A stretch of DNA of 64,000 nt from positions 1 to 64,000 of the forward strand of contig JANNXA010000018.1 of assembly GCA_031409275.1 (NCBI GenBank). Direction: 5' to 3'. The notes beneath the pieces are model-generated. The model had not been told where the DNA came from and made no database searches. It worked only from the letters and a program-made list of their open reading frames with translations. Position numbers and translations under genes: made by a program. Origin of the DNA: Planctomycetota bacterium (GTDB taxonomy: Bacteria > Planctomycetota > B15-G4 > SIAN01). Shown here one piece after another: positions 38,507-48,629 of the stretch (within the stretch, counting starts at the first letter, position 1; the number at the start of each line of letters is the position of its first letter).

Positions 38507-41500
38507 TCATTCGCGGGTGACGAACTCGTCGACGTTGAGCAGCGTGCTGGCGAGCAGCGTCCACGCGGCGAGCTCGGGCGCCGGCCGGGTCGCATCGAGC
38601 GGCGCCTCGCCCTGCGCCAGCAGCGCGTTGGCGCGCGCCGGCTCCTCGGCGAAGTGCGCCTGTTCGCGCGCCACCGCTGCCAGCGCGACGGCGAGCTCGT
38701 TCGAACTCGGCTCGCGGCAGAGCGTCAGGCGCCAGAGCAGCGACGCCCGCGCCCGCGCGTCGTCGCCCGCTTCCGCCGCGAGTCGCTGCGCAAGCACCCG
38801 CGCGGCTTCGACGAATTGCACGTCGTTCAGCAGCACGAGCGCCTGCAACGGCGTGTTGGTGCGGGCGCGCTGCACCGTGCAGCTCTCGCGGCTCGGCGCG
38901 TCGAACGCGGCGAGGTTCGCCGGCGGGGCGGTCCGCTTCCAGAAGGTGTACATGCTGCGCCGCCACAGCGCTTCCCCGTGGTCCTGCACGAAGTGGGCGG
39001 TGTTGCTGGTCGGGTAGGCGATCACCTGCCACAGGTCGCCCGGTTGATAGGGCTTCACGCTGCGGCCGCCGATCTGCTCGACCAGAAGGCCGCTCGCCGC
39101 CAGCGCGCTGTCGCGCACGACTTCCGCGTCGAGTCGCAGTCGCGGCGCACGCGCCAGCAGTCGGTTGTCGCGATCGCGCGCGAGGAACTCCGGCGCGACG
39201 GTCGAGCTCTGGCGCCAGGTCGCCGACGTGACGACCTGCTCGTGGAGGCGCCGCAGGTCGAAACCGTGATCGACGAAGTCGACGGCGAGCCAGTCGAGCA
39301 GCTCGGGATGGCTTGGCGCTTCGCCCTGCGCGCCGAAGTCCTCGGCGGTCTTCACCAGCCCGATCCCGAAGAGCTGCGCCCAGACGCGATTCACGACGAC
39401 GCGCGCCGTGAGCGGATGGTCGCGGCGGACCAGCCAGCGCGCGAGCGCCAGGCGATCGGCCTTCTCGCCTTCCGCCAACGTTCCCAGCGCCGCCGGCAGC
39501 GCGGCCGCGACCGCGTCGCCCTTCTGGTCGTACTGCCCGCGGCGCAGCACGTAGGTCGGGCGCGGCGTCGCGAGCTCGGCGGCGACCATCGACGACGGGA
39601 TGGTCGCATCGAGCGCCGTTCGCTGCGCCACGAGTGCGGCGAGCTGATCGTCCTGCGCGCGCCATTCGGGCGAGTGGCGACGGCGCAGCGCTCGCGTCAC
39701 TCGTTCCTGTGGCGCACCATCGCGACTGCCATCCGGCGCTTCGAGCAGCGCGTCGATCTCGAGGTCGAGGCGACCGTACTCCGGCGCGAGCAACGCGGGG
39801 TCATCGCTGACCGCGAGGCGCAGCCGACCGATGACGTGGCGCTCGAAGATCGACTCGTGGCGCACGACGAGGCGCAGTCGCGCGCCGGCCGCCACCGCCA
39901 CCGGTGTTGAGACCAGGAAGAGCGCCTGATGGCTCGTGAGCTTCGGCAGGATCGCCCAGCCGCTCGCGGCGTCGGCGTCGAGTGCGAGCGAGGGCGGGAA
40001 GTTCTCCTGCTCGTGGTCTGCGAGCGCGCGCGCGAAGGCGAGCGGACGTGCGCTTCCATCGGTCGCGACCAGCTCCGCGGAGAGGCCAGTCATCACGAAG
40101 TTGCCGTTCTCGAAACGGCCCGGTCCTCCTTGCGGCAGCGATGGGTCCGCGAGCGCCTCGACGCGCAGCGCGGTCAGCGTCGCCGGCAGTCCGCCGCACT
40201 CGAACGTCTCCACTTCGACGGCGGGCGAAGCGCCGGTCGCCAGCAGCGAGCCGTCCTGCTGCGGCTCGCGCGTGGTGCCGTGGGCGGCAGTGGTCTGCGA
40301 AGGGGACAGCACGCGGAAACGCGTTGCGATGGTGGCCCGCGCCGTCTGCTCCCACGCGCGCTGCGCGGCATCGAGGTCGGGGCGAGGGGCGGCGAGTGCC
40401 TGCTGCGCGGCCGCAGCCGCGGTGTCGAGCGCGGCGCGTTGCTGCGCCTGCTGCGGGAGCGGCGCCGCCATCGCCGGCATCGGCAACAGAGCGTTGTCGT
40501 CGCTGCCCTTCTCGGCGATGCCGTTCATGAAGGCGAAGAGGCCGTAGTAGTCGCGTTGCGTGATCGGGTCGAACTTGTGGTCGTGGCATTGCGCGCAGCC
40601 GACCGTCAGCCCGAGCCACACCTGACCGAGCGTGTTGACGCGGTCGACGGCGTACTTGACGAGGTACTCCTCCTCGATCAGGCCGCCTTCGCCGGTGGTC
40701 GGGTTGCAACGCAGGAAGCCGGTGGCGAGGCGTTGCGCGTCGGTCGCGTCGGGGAGCAGATCACCGGCGAGCTGCTCGAGCGAGAACTGATCGAAGGGCT
40801 GGTTGCGAGCGAACGACTCGATGACTCCATCGCGCCAGCGCCACAGTGCTCGCTCGTTGTCGAGGTGGTAGCCGTGCGTGTCGCCGTAGCGCGCGAGGTC
40901 GAGCCAGAGACGCGCCTGGTGCTCGGCCGCGCGCGACGAGGCGAGCAGCGCGCGCACCGTGCGCTCGAAGGCGTCGGCGCGCGCGTCGGAAAGGAACGCC
41001 GCCTGTTCGCCGGCGGTCGGCGGGAGTCCGGTCAGCGCCAGCGAGGCTCGACGCAGCAGCGTGGCGCGGTCGGCTTCTGGTGCAGGCGCCCAACCTTCGC
41101 GTTCGAGTCGAGCCAGGACGAAAACATCGAGCGGTTGGCGCGGCCACTCGCGTGCGCGCACCTCGGGCAGTGGCGCCGACACCGGCGCGAGGAAGCTCCA
41201 GTGCGGCCGATAGTCGCCGCCCTGCTCGATCCAACGGCGCAACGTCGCGCGCTGCGCGTCGGTGAGCGGTTTGGCGAACTTCTCCGGCGGCATGCGCTGC
41301 TTCGCGGAATCAGCGTCGATGCGAGCCACGAGTTCGGAGAGGTCGGGCTCGCCGGCAACGATCGCGCGATTGCCGGAATCTAGTTCCGCCGTCGCTCCGG
41401 CCGCGAGGTCGAGTCGCAGCCCCGCCTTGCGCTGCGCGGCGTCGGGGCCATGACAGGCGAAGCAGTGGTTCGACAGGATCGGCGCCACCTCGCGCGCGAA

Positions 41501-41563
41501 GTCGACCTCGGAACGTGCAGTGGCGGTGACGAAGAGCGCGATCAGCGACGGGAGCAGGTTCAC
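38507..41563 (-). CDS. Planctomycete cytochrome c + DUF1549 + DUF1553 (PSD1) protein
   Basis: '[22 protein letters not shown]', '[12 protein letters not shown]', '[11 protein letters not shown]', '[11 protein letters not shown]', '[11 protein letters not shown]' and 'TNTPLQAL'. Confidence 0.93.
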   Translation of the reverse strand: MNLLPSLIALFVTATARSEVDFAREVAPILSNHCFACHGPDAAQRKAGLRLDLAAGATAELDSGNRAIVAGEPDLSELVARIDADSAKQRMPPEKFAKPLTDAQRATLRRWIEQGGDYRPHWSFLAPVSAPLPEVRAREWPRQPLDVFVLARLEREGWAPAPEADRATLLRRASLALTGLPPTAGEQAAFLSDARADAFERTVRALLASSRAAEHQARLWLDLARYGDTHGYHLDNERALWRWRDGVIESFARNQPFDQFSLEQLAGDLLPDATDAQRLATGFLRCNPTTGEGGLIEEEYLVKYAVDRVNTLGQVWLGLTVGCAQCHDHKFDPITQRDYYGLFAFMNGIAEKGSDDNALLPMPAMAAPLPQQAQQRAALDTAAAAAQQALAAPRPDLDAAQRAWEQTARATIATRFRVLSPSQTTAAHGTTREPQQDGSLLATGASPAVEVETFECGGLPATLTALRVEALADPSLPQGGPGRFENGNFVMTGLSAELVATDGSARPLAFARALADHEQENFPPSLALDADAASGWAILPKLTSHQALFLVSTPVAVAAGARLRLVVRHESIFERHVIGRLRLAVSDDPALLAPEYGRLDLEIDALLEAPDGSRDGAPQERVTRALRRRHSPEWRAQDDQLAALVAQRTALDATIPSSMVAAELATPRPTYVLRRGQYDQKGDAVAAALPAALGTLAEGEKADRLALARWLVRRDHPLTARVVVNRVWAQLFGIGLVKTAEDFGAQGEAPSHPELLDWLAVDFVDHGFDLRRLHEQVVTSATWRQSSTVAPEFLARDRDNRLLARAPRLRLDAEVVRDSALAASGLLVEQIGGRSVKPYQPGDLWQVIAYPTSNTAHFVQDHGEALWRRSMYTFWKRTAPPANLAAFDAPSRESCTVQRARTNTPLQALVLLNDVQFVEAARVLAQRLAAEAGDDARARASLLWRLTLCREPSSNELAVALAAVAREQAHFAEEPARANALLAQGEAPLDATRPAPELAAWTLLASTLLNVDEFVTRE

Positions 41564-41801
41564 CGCAGGATCCCCGCGTTGGGTGTTTGCGAGTCGACCA
41601 CCACCGGGCGCGATGGTACGGCGCGAGCTCGCCATGTGGTGCCGAGGTGACGTCTCGCGCGAGTCGGCGGCGGCCACTTCCACGCAGGGGCACTTGGTAC
41701 GGCGGTTGCCAAGTCGTTCTGCGTGTGCGCGGCGGGCTTCGCGGCCCGTGCCTTCTCCCCGATGGTTGCGCGCATCACGCCGCGCCAGGAGGTTTCACTC
41801 C

Positions 41802-43772
41802 ATGCGCTTCGAACGCTTCACGCTTGCGTTGGGATCCACGCTCTTCTTGCTGCCGCTTCCGCTGGGCTTCGCGCACGGCGGCAGCTATCACGGGCCGACC
41901 GACACCGTCCCGCCGAACACCGACGGCCCTGGCGATGTCACGACTCCACCAGGAATCCCGAACGGCCCGACCATTCCGAACGCGCCCACCACGCCAGGGC
42001 AGGATGGCGCGCGGCCGTCCACGAGTCCCGGTGCGACCCCCAGCAAGCCGGGAATGGGTCGCACCAACGGCTACGGTCGAAGGGACCCGTCGAAGAGCGG
42101 CGCCTTCGAGCAGTGGGAATTCTGGTGGGAGGCGAATGACGACGCCTTCCTCGATCTCAAGTCGCGCCTGCGCCAGCAGAACGGGACGACAGCGGTCTCC
42201 CTCGCAGGCGGCCGCGGCGCAGTGGTACCGAGCGCGCTCACGCAGCGCTTGAGCGGCGCGGATCGCGCGTCGATCCGTTCGGCGTTGCTGACGGCGCTGG
42301 CGGGCTCGGACGCGGAGATCGTCGACTCCGCCGCGATCGCGCTCGCGCGCATGACATCGGCGAAGGATGAGGGCGCGGTGGCCGTCGTTGCCGAGCTGAC
42401 CAAGGTGCTCGGCCATTCGGAGAAGACCGCGCGCGAAGCGGCGACCCTCGCGCTGGGCATCGTCGGTTCGACCGATGCGATTCCGGTGCTTCGGGACCTG
42501 CTGCTCGACACGAGCGCCGGTCGGCAGCGGACCGGGCGCGATGGCAACGTCGAGCCGCTGGTACGCGCGTTCGCGGCCGCGGCGCTCGGATTGATCGGCG
42601 ACGCGTCGGCGTTCGACGACCTGAAGTCGATCCTCGTCGATCCAAAGCAGAACGCCGATCGCGATCTGCAGTCGACGACGGTGCGGGCGATCGGCCTGTT
42701 GCGCGGTGCCCATTCGCGCGCCGTGCCGCTGTTGCAGCAGCTCCTCGACGATGGAGAGCTCGATCGCGTGGTGCGCGCGCAGGTGCCGGTGGCGCTCGCG
42801 CAGCTTTCCGAGCAGGCGGAGGGCACGCTTGCTCGCGCCGCGCTGCCGTCCATCGTGTCGCGCCTCGCTTCGGACAAGACCGATCTCGACCTGTTGCGTT
42901 CGTGCGCGGTGGCGCTTGGCCGCATGGCGACGCTCGAGGATCGCGAGGCGCTCGATGCACTGCGTGCGGCGGCGCGTGGCCGCGACGAGCAGACTCGCCA
43001 CTTCGCGATGATGGCGCTGGCCGACGTCGGTCGGCGCGATCCGCAGCCGCAGCTCCACGCGGTCGAGCAGCGCGCGCTCCAGCAGGAGCTGTTGCGCGAG
43101 ATGACGCAGCCCAGGCCGATCACGGCGGCGCCGTACGGTGCGCTGGCGCTGGCGGTGTGGTCGCGCAACCCCGGGGTCGACCGCGCACTGGTCGAGGAAG
43201 CGCGTGGGCGGCTGCTCGACCAGGTTCGCGACCTCAACAACCCGAGCTATCGCGCCGCGACTGCGGTGGCAATCGGACTGGCCGGCGCCAAGGAGGCGAG
43301 GGGCGATCTGTTGGGGCTCTTCGTCGACGAGAAGAACCAGGTCCTGAAGAGCTACGTCGCGATCGGGCTCGGGCTAATGGGAGCCACCGAGGCCGCCGAA
43401 CCGCTGCGCTCGGTGATGGGCGCGAAGGGGCTGGATGCGTCGCTGCGGCTGCAGATTGCGCGAGCGCTGGGGCTCCTTGGCGATCGCCAGGCGGTGCCGC
43501 TGCTGGTGGCGAACCTGCGCGCGGCCGAGACCTTCGTCGAAGTCGGATCGACGGTGCAGGCGCTTGGCTTGATCGGCGACCGTGACGCGGTGGCGCCTCT
43601 GCTCGAGTTGCTGAACGACGGCAAGCAGCATGCGTTGCGGCGCGGCTTCGCGGCAGTGGGCCTCGGCCTGCTGGCGGAGAAGTCGGACTTGCCGTGGAAC
43701 GCCGTCTTCACGGTCGGCTCGAACTATCGGGCCAAGACGCCGGCACTGGCCGAGATCTTCGACATCCTCTGA
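41802..43772 (+). CDS. Exported HEAT-repeat protein
   Basis: AGGAGG RBS; signal peptide, Pro/Thr-rich linker and 'WEFWWEAN', then many 'A..ALG.LG....A...L' HEAT repeats. Confidence 0.85.
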   Translation: MRFERFTLALGSTLFLLPLPLGFAHGGSYHGPTDTVPPNTDGPGDVTTPPGIPNGPTIPNAPTTPGQDGARPSTSPGATPSKPGMGRTNGYGRRDPSKSGAFEQWEFWWEANDDAFLDLKSRLRQQNGTTAVSLAGGRGAVVPSALTQRLSGADRASIRSALLTALAGSDAEIVDSAAIALARMTSAKDEGAVAVVAELTKVLGHSEKTAREAATLALGIVGSTDAIPVLRDLLLDTSAGRQRTGRDGNVEPLVRAFAAAALGLIGDASAFDDLKSILVDPKQNADRDLQSTTVRAIGLLRGAHSRAVPLLQQLLDDGELDRVVRAQVPVALAQLSEQAEGTLARAALPSIVSRLASDKTDLDLLRSCAVALGRMATLEDREALDALRAAARGRDEQTRHFAMMALADVGRRDPQPQLHAVEQRALQQELLREMTQPRPITAAPYGALALAVWSRNPGVDRALVEEARGRLLDQVRDLNNPSYRAATAVAIGLAGAKEARGDLLGLFVDEKNQVLKSYVAIGLGLMGATEAAEPLRSVMGAKGLDASLRLQIARALGLLGDRQAVPLLVANLRAAETFVEVGSTVQALGLIGDRDAVAPLLELLNDGKQHALRRGFAAVGLGLLAEKSDLPWNAVFTVGSNYRAKTPALAEIFDIL

Positions 43773-43925
43773 TCGATTCATCGGGCGGCGTGGCGAGGTC
43801 CGACTCCTCGCTGCGCCGCCCCGCCCGCGCCTCGCGGCGATGGCCGCGCCACGGCGCGAACGGTGGGCGGCGGAGGGCGAGCTGCCGTCGAACGCGGTGT
43901 TGCGTACCGGTTCGAAGCTCCTGGC

Positions 43926-44825
43926 TCAGCTGACGAGCGTGCGGCGCGCCGCCGTCGTCAGCGCGAGGACGGCAGGGTGGCGGATGCGCCGTTCGATCGA
44001 GATCGCGTAGTAGCGCATGCGCACCTCGTCGATGCGGCCGCAGGTCACGAGGCGGTGTTGCCGCTTCACTTCCGCTTCGACGGTCGCCGGAATCGCGACG
44101 AGCCCGAGTTCCTGCTCGGCCATCACCTTGAGCAGCGCAGTGTCGTCGCACTCGGCGACCACTTCCGGCTGCACTCCGATCTCCTCGAACCACTGGTCGA
44201 GCGCGCGTCGCTGCGCCGAGAGCGGCGAAGGCAGCAGCATGGGGAGCCCCTGCAGGCTGCTCGGGAAGCGGCGGCGGGCGGTGGCGGCGAGGCGGCGCGC
44301 GCCCATGATCAACAGCTCCGATTCGCCGAGCAGATGGCTGAAGGCCTTGATGCGCACGCCAGGGCCGACCGGCGCGTCGGTGATCACCACGTCGAGCGCA
44401 TGACCCGCGAGCTGCTGCAGCAGGCGATCGTGGTGGTCCTCGCGCACTTCGAGTCGCACCTTCTCCGGCAGCCTCAGCGCGGGCTCGAGCAGTCGGAAGG
44501 CGACGAGCTTCGGGACGATGTCGGCCACGCCGACCACGAGCCGCAACGGGCGGCCGGTCGGACGGCCGCGCACGGTGTCGAGCAGCTCCTTGCCGAGCCC
44601 GAAGATCTCCTCGGCGTAGCGCTTCACGAGGTGGCCGCTGTCGGTCAGCTCGAGGCCGCGCCCATTGCGCAGGAAGAGCGGCCCGCCGAGCGCGCGCTCG
44701 AGATCGCGGATCTGCGCGCTGATCGTGGGCTTGGTGAGGTGGAGCTGCGCGGCGGCGCGCGCCAGCGAGCCTTCCCGGGCGGTGGTCCAGAAATAGAGCA
44801 GGTGGTGGTAGTTGAGCCACTCCAT
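43926..44825 (-). CDS. nhaR: LysR-type transcriptional activator NhaR
   Basis: 'MEWLNYHHLLYFW..AREGS..RAA..LHLT.PTISAQI', 'VGVADIVPKLVAFRLL' and 'YYAISIERRIRHPAV'. Confidence 0.92.
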   Translation of the reverse strand: MEWLNYHHLLYFWTTAREGSLARAAAQLHLTKPTISAQIRDLERALGGPLFLRNGRGLELTDSGHLVKRYAEEIFGLGKELLDTVRGRPTGRPLRLVVGVADIVPKLVAFRLLEPALRLPEKVRLEVREDHHDRLLQQLAGHALDVVITDAPVGPGVRIKAFSHLLGESELLIMGARRLAATARRRFPSSLQGLPMLLPSPLSAQRRALDQWFEEIGVQPEVVAECDDTALLKVMAEQELGLVAIPATVEAEVKRQHRLVTCGRIDEVRMRYYAISIERRIRHPAVLALTTAARRTLVS

Positions 44826-44869
44826 GACGCGATCGTAGTGCGGCGGGCGGCTTGCGCTACGCTGCCGCC

Positions 44870-45511
44870 ATGAGCCTGCTCGACAAACTCTTCGAGAACA
44901 ACCGCAGTTGGTCGCAGAAGATCACCGCCGACGATCCTGAGTTCTTCTCGCGCCTCGCGCGCCAGCAGGCGCCGGAGTACCTCTGGATCGGCTGCTCCGA
45001 CAGCCGGGTTCCGGCGAACCAGGTGGTGGGGCTGCTGCCGGGCGAGGTCTTCGTCCACCGCAACGTCGCCAACCTCGTTCAGCACACCGACTTCAATTGC
45101 CTGTCGGTGCTGCAGTACGCGGTCGACGTCCTCAAGGTGAAGCACGTGATCGTCTGCGGCCACTACGGCTGCAGCGGCGTGCGGGCGGCGCTGGACGGGC
45201 GGCCGCTGGGCCTGATCGACCACTGGCTTCGCCACGTGCAGGATCTCTATCACCACCACGCGTCCAAGGTCGACTTGCTGGCGGGCGAGGAGCGCGTCGA
45301 TCGAATGTGCGAGTGGAACGTCATCGAGCAGGTCGGTCACCTTGGCCGCGCGACCATCGTGCAGGACGCCTGGCGGCGCGGGCAACCGCTGCACCTGCAT
45401 GGCGTCATCTACGGCCTCTCCGATGGCCTGCTGCGCGACCTTGGCGTCGGCTGCTCGTCGGCGGCGGAGGCGCAACAGCTGCAGCGGCGGCTCGAGCGAC
45501 CGCAGGCGTAG
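44870..45511 (+). CDS. can: Beta-class carbonic anhydrase
   Basis: 'LWIGCSDSRVP', 'FVHRNVAN' and 'VCGHYGCSGV'. Confidence 0.96.
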   Translation: MSLLDKLFENNRSWSQKITADDPEFFSRLARQQAPEYLWIGCSDSRVPANQVVGLLPGEVFVHRNVANLVQHTDFNCLSVLQYAVDVLKVKHVIVCGHYGCSGVRAALDGRPLGLIDHWLRHVQDLYHHHASKVDLLAGEERVDRMCEWNVIEQVGHLGRATIVQDAWRRGQPLHLHGVIYGLSDGLLRDLGVGCSSAAEAQQLQRRLERPQA

Positions 45512-45520
45512 CGAGCAGCG

Positions 45521-45543
45521 ATCGTTCGAGAAGATCGAACGAT
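45521..45543. promoter_or_regulatory. Palindromic LysR-type operator (candidate NhaR site)
   Basis: ATCGTTCG-N7-CGAACGAT perfect 8-bp dyad containing the T-N11-A LysR box, 78 bp before the HPF-like start. Confidence 0.6.
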
Positions 45544-45620
45544 TCGTGCCAATCCGATGACTGGACCTTCCGTCGATCCGGGTCGATGATCCCCCGTCGA
45601 ACCAACACGGGACGGAACTC

Positions 45621-45929
45621 ATGCGACTCGCGATTCACATCGAGCCTGAAAGCGGACCGAGCCTGCGCGACCTGATCGACCATCGGCTCGCCTACGCGCT
45701 GGCTCGGCATGCACCACGCATCACTTCGACCACCATCGTGCTCGAGCGCGGCTCGGACTCGGTCCGGCTGGCGGTGATCGCGGTGTTGCGCGACGGCGCG
45801 CCGATCCACCTGCGCGAGGAGTCGCGCGATCCTGCGTTGGCAGTCGATCGAGCGGCGGCGCGCCTGCAGCGGTTGCTGCGGCTGCGCCTCGGCTCGAAGG
45901 TCGACGAACGCTCCACGTTGGCGTCTTGA
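45621..45929 (+). CDS. HPF/RaiA-like small protein
   Basis: 'LRDLIDHRLAYALAR...I....V.L...AVDRAAARLQR' matches the HPF-like proteins found next to nhaR; 102 aa. Confidence 0.6.
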   Translation: MRLAIHIEPESGPSLRDLIDHRLAYALARHAPRITSTTIVLERGSDSVRLAVIAVLRDGAPIHLREESRDPALAVDRAAARLQRLLRLRLGSKVDERSTLAS

Positions 45930-45989
45930 CCCGACGTTGGAGATGAAACTGAAGTTGAGATCGAACGGCGCCGCTTGAATGGCGGCGCG

Positions 45990-46037
45990 ACCGTCGCCCG
46001 CTCGGCTCCCTCTCCGGGCGGGGCGACGGTGTCTTTT
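45990..46037 (+). terminator. Intrinsic terminator-like hairpin
   Basis: ACCGTCGCCC...GGGCGACGGT stem followed by GTCTTTT. Confidence 0.55.
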
Positions 46038-46106
46038 GGGTGCGCTGCGGTGTGCGACCGCTGCGGCGCGCCCTTCTCGTGTTGAAGGAACGGAAAGGTC
46101 ATCGCT

Positions 46107-47177
46107 GTGGAAATCCTGACGATCCTGCTGTTGGTTGGCGGCTTCCTGACCATGCTGGTCGGCGGCGAGCTGCTGGTGCGCCATGCCGCGCGTTTCGCGG
46201 CGCTGGTCGGCATGTCACCGCTCGTGATCGGGCTCACCATCGTCGCCTTCGGCACCAGCGCGCCCGAACTCGCGGTGAGCGTGATCGCAGGTTACGAGGG
46301 CAAGGGCGATGTCGCGGTTGGCAACGTCGTCGGCAGCAACACCTTCAACATCCTCTTCATCCTGGGTGCGTGCGCCGCCGTCAGTCCGCTCTTCTTCGGC
46401 CGCACGCTGGCGTGGATCGACGTGCCGATCATGATCGGCAGCGCGCTGTTGCTGCCGGTCCTGGCGCGCGACGGTCACGTGCAGTGGGTCGAAGGGGCGT
46501 TGCTGATCGCAGCGCTCGCGGCCTACACGCTCTTCGTGGTGCGGCGTGAAGGGAAGCGCATGCTCGAGGACGGCGGCGCCATCGAGCGGCCGCAGGGACG
46601 CAAGGACGTCGCGCTCGTGTGGATCGTCGGCGCGCTGGCGGTGCTGGTGATCGGCTCGCGCTGGTTCGTCGACGGGGCGGTGCGCATGGCGCAGGCGTTC
46701 GGCGTGAGCGAACTCGTGATCGGACTGACGATCGTGGCGGCCGGCACCTCGCTTCCCGAGGTCATCACCTCGATCCTCGCGACGATTCGCGGGCAGCGCG
46801 AGATCGCCGCTGGAAACGTCGTCGGGAGCAACATCTTCAACGTGCTCGGCGTGCTTGGAACCTCGGCGATCGCCGGCGGCAGCGTGAAGGTGTCGGAGCA
46901 GGTCATCGCCCTCGACGGACCGATCATGGTCGCGGTGTCGCTGGTGCTCTTCGCCTCCGTCGCACGCGGGCTCAAGATCGGTCGTATTCACGGCCTGCTC
47001 TTCCTTGCCGGGTACGCGGCCTACACGGCCTGGCTCATCCTGCATGCGGGTCGATCGACGGCTCTGCCGCAGTTCGAGCGCGCGTTGATCTGGTACTGCC
47101 TGCCGATCGCCACGCTGCTGTTCCTCGGAATGATCGCGCGCAAGCCGGCCCCGATCGCGCAGGCGACGCAGCCATGA
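46107..47177 (+). CDS. yrbG: Ca2+/cation antiporter (CaCA, YrbG family)
   Basis: Two alpha repeats, 'GLTIVAFGTSAPEL...GNVVGSN' and 'GLTIVAAGTSLPE...GNVVGSNIFN'. Confidence 0.93.
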   Translation: MEILTILLLVGGFLTMLVGGELLVRHAARFAALVGMSPLVIGLTIVAFGTSAPELAVSVIAGYEGKGDVAVGNVVGSNTFNILFILGACAAVSPLFFGRTLAWIDVPIMIGSALLLPVLARDGHVQWVEGALLIAALAAYTLFVVRREGKRMLEDGGAIERPQGRKDVALVWIVGALAVLVIGSRWFVDGAVRMAQAFGVSELVIGLTIVAAGTSLPEVITSILATIRGQREIAAGNVVGSNIFNVLGVLGTSAIAGGSVKVSEQVIALDGPIMVAVSLVLFASVARGLKIGRIHGLLFLAGYAAYTAWLILHAGRSTALPQFERALIWYCLPIATLLFLGMIARKPAPIAQATQP

Positions 47178-48538
47178 ACGAGGACACGGATCGCCCTTCC
47201 GGCCTGCCCATCGCGCCGGTCGAGCAGTGGACCGCCCCGATTCGCCGGTTCCTGCACGTCGAATCGGCGAGCGGCATCGTGCTGCTCGCCTGCACGGTGG
47301 TCGCGCTCGCGCTGGCGAACTCGCCGCTCGCCGCCGCCTTCGCGTCGTTCTGGCACACCAAGGTCGAGTTCGCGCTCGGCAGCTTCGTGCTGAAGGGCGA
47401 CCTTGGCCACCTCGTGATCAACGACGGGTTGATGGCGCTGTTCTTCTTCGTCGTCGGGCTCGAGATCAAGCGCGAGCTGGTGACCGGTGAGTTGCGCGAT
47501 CGGCGCAAGGCGCTGCTGCCGGTCCTCGCCGCCGTTGGCGGGATGGTGGTGCCGGCCGGCGTCTACCTGCTGCTCCAGTGGGGCGAGACCGGTCAGCGCG
47601 GCTTCGCGATCCCCATGGCGACGGACATCGCGTTCGTGGTCGGCTTCCTGGCGCTGTTCGGGCCGCGCGTGCCGTTCGGGTTGAAGATCTTCCTGCTGTC
47701 GCTGGCGATCGTCGATGACCTCGGCGCCGTCGTCGTGATCGCGCTTGGCTATTCGGGCGCGCTCGCCACGGGTTGGCTCGCGCTGGCCGCTGCGGGGCTC
47801 GCGCTCATCGTGGGGCTGAACCGCATCGGCGTGCGCTCGGTGGGCGTCTACGTCTGCGTTGGAGCGTTCATCTGGTTGGCGACGTTGCAGTCGGGCGTCC
47901 ACCCGACCGTTGCCGGGGTGTTCCTCGGCTTGTTGACTCCAGCGAGCGCCTGGGTGAGCGGCGCGGCCGTGGGGTCGACGGTCGGCCTCCTCTCGGATCG
48001 AGTGCGCAGCCGCGGAGCCGCGGTTGCGGATCGCGCCGCGCAGGAAGAGCTCGAGCAGCTCGAGTTCGCCGCGCGCGAAGCGACGTCGCCGCTGGTGCGG
48101 CTGGAGCGGGCGCTCCATCCATGGGTTGCGTTCGGGATCATGCCCGTGTTCGCGCTGGCCAACGCCGGTGTGGCGCTCGAAGCGTCGGCTTTGCGCGAGC
48201 CGGTGGCGTTGGCCGTGGCGGCCGGACTCGTGGTCGGGAAGCCGATCGGCATCCTGCTGTTCTCCTGGCTGTCGGTGCGCTTGGGCGCGACACGCCTGCC
48301 GGACGGGGTGAACTGGCCGATGATGGTCGGCGGGGGCTGCCTCGCGGGCATCGGCTTCACGATGGCGCTCTTCATCAACGGACTCGCCTTCCCCGTCGCC
48401 GAGTTCCCCAGCAAGGAAGCCGCCGGGAAGTTCGGAATCATGGTCGGCTCGCTGGTGAGCGTGGTTTTGGGCGCGACGATTCTGGCAGTCGCCTTCCGTG
48501 CGGCGGCTCGCGCGCGCGGTGCCGCCGCCGGCGCCTGA
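47174..48538 (+). CDS. nhaA: Na+/H+ antiporter NhaA
   Basis: 'INDGLMALFFF.VGLEIKRE', 'IPMATDIAF', 'LAIVDDLGA', 'SGVHPT' and 'GIGFTMALFI'; ATGA overlap. Confidence 0.96.
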   Translation: MNEDTDRPSGLPIAPVEQWTAPIRRFLHVESASGIVLLACTVVALALANSPLAAAFASFWHTKVEFALGSFVLKGDLGHLVINDGLMALFFFVVGLEIKRELVTGELRDRRKALLPVLAAVGGMVVPAGVYLLLQWGETGQRGFAIPMATDIAFVVGFLALFGPRVPFGLKIFLLSLAIVDDLGAVVVIALGYSGALATGWLALAAAGLALIVGLNRIGVRSVGVYVCVGAFIWLATLQSGVHPTVAGVFLGLLTPASAWVSGAAVGSTVGLLSDRVRSRGAAVADRAAQEELEQLEFAAREATSPLVRLERALHPWVAFGIMPVFALANAGVALEASALREPVALAVAAGLVVGKPIGILLFSWLSVRLGATRLPDGVNWPMMVGGGCLAGIGFTMALFINGLAFPVAEFPSKEAAGKFGIMVGSLVSVVLGATILAVAFRAAARARGAAAGA

Positions 48539-48629
48539 CCCGGCCCGGCGGTTGCTGGCGCTACGCTGTTGGCCGCCATCCACCTCCCGCACTCAAGCGC
48601 CCGCGCCCTGAACCGCAGAAAGAGCCCTC

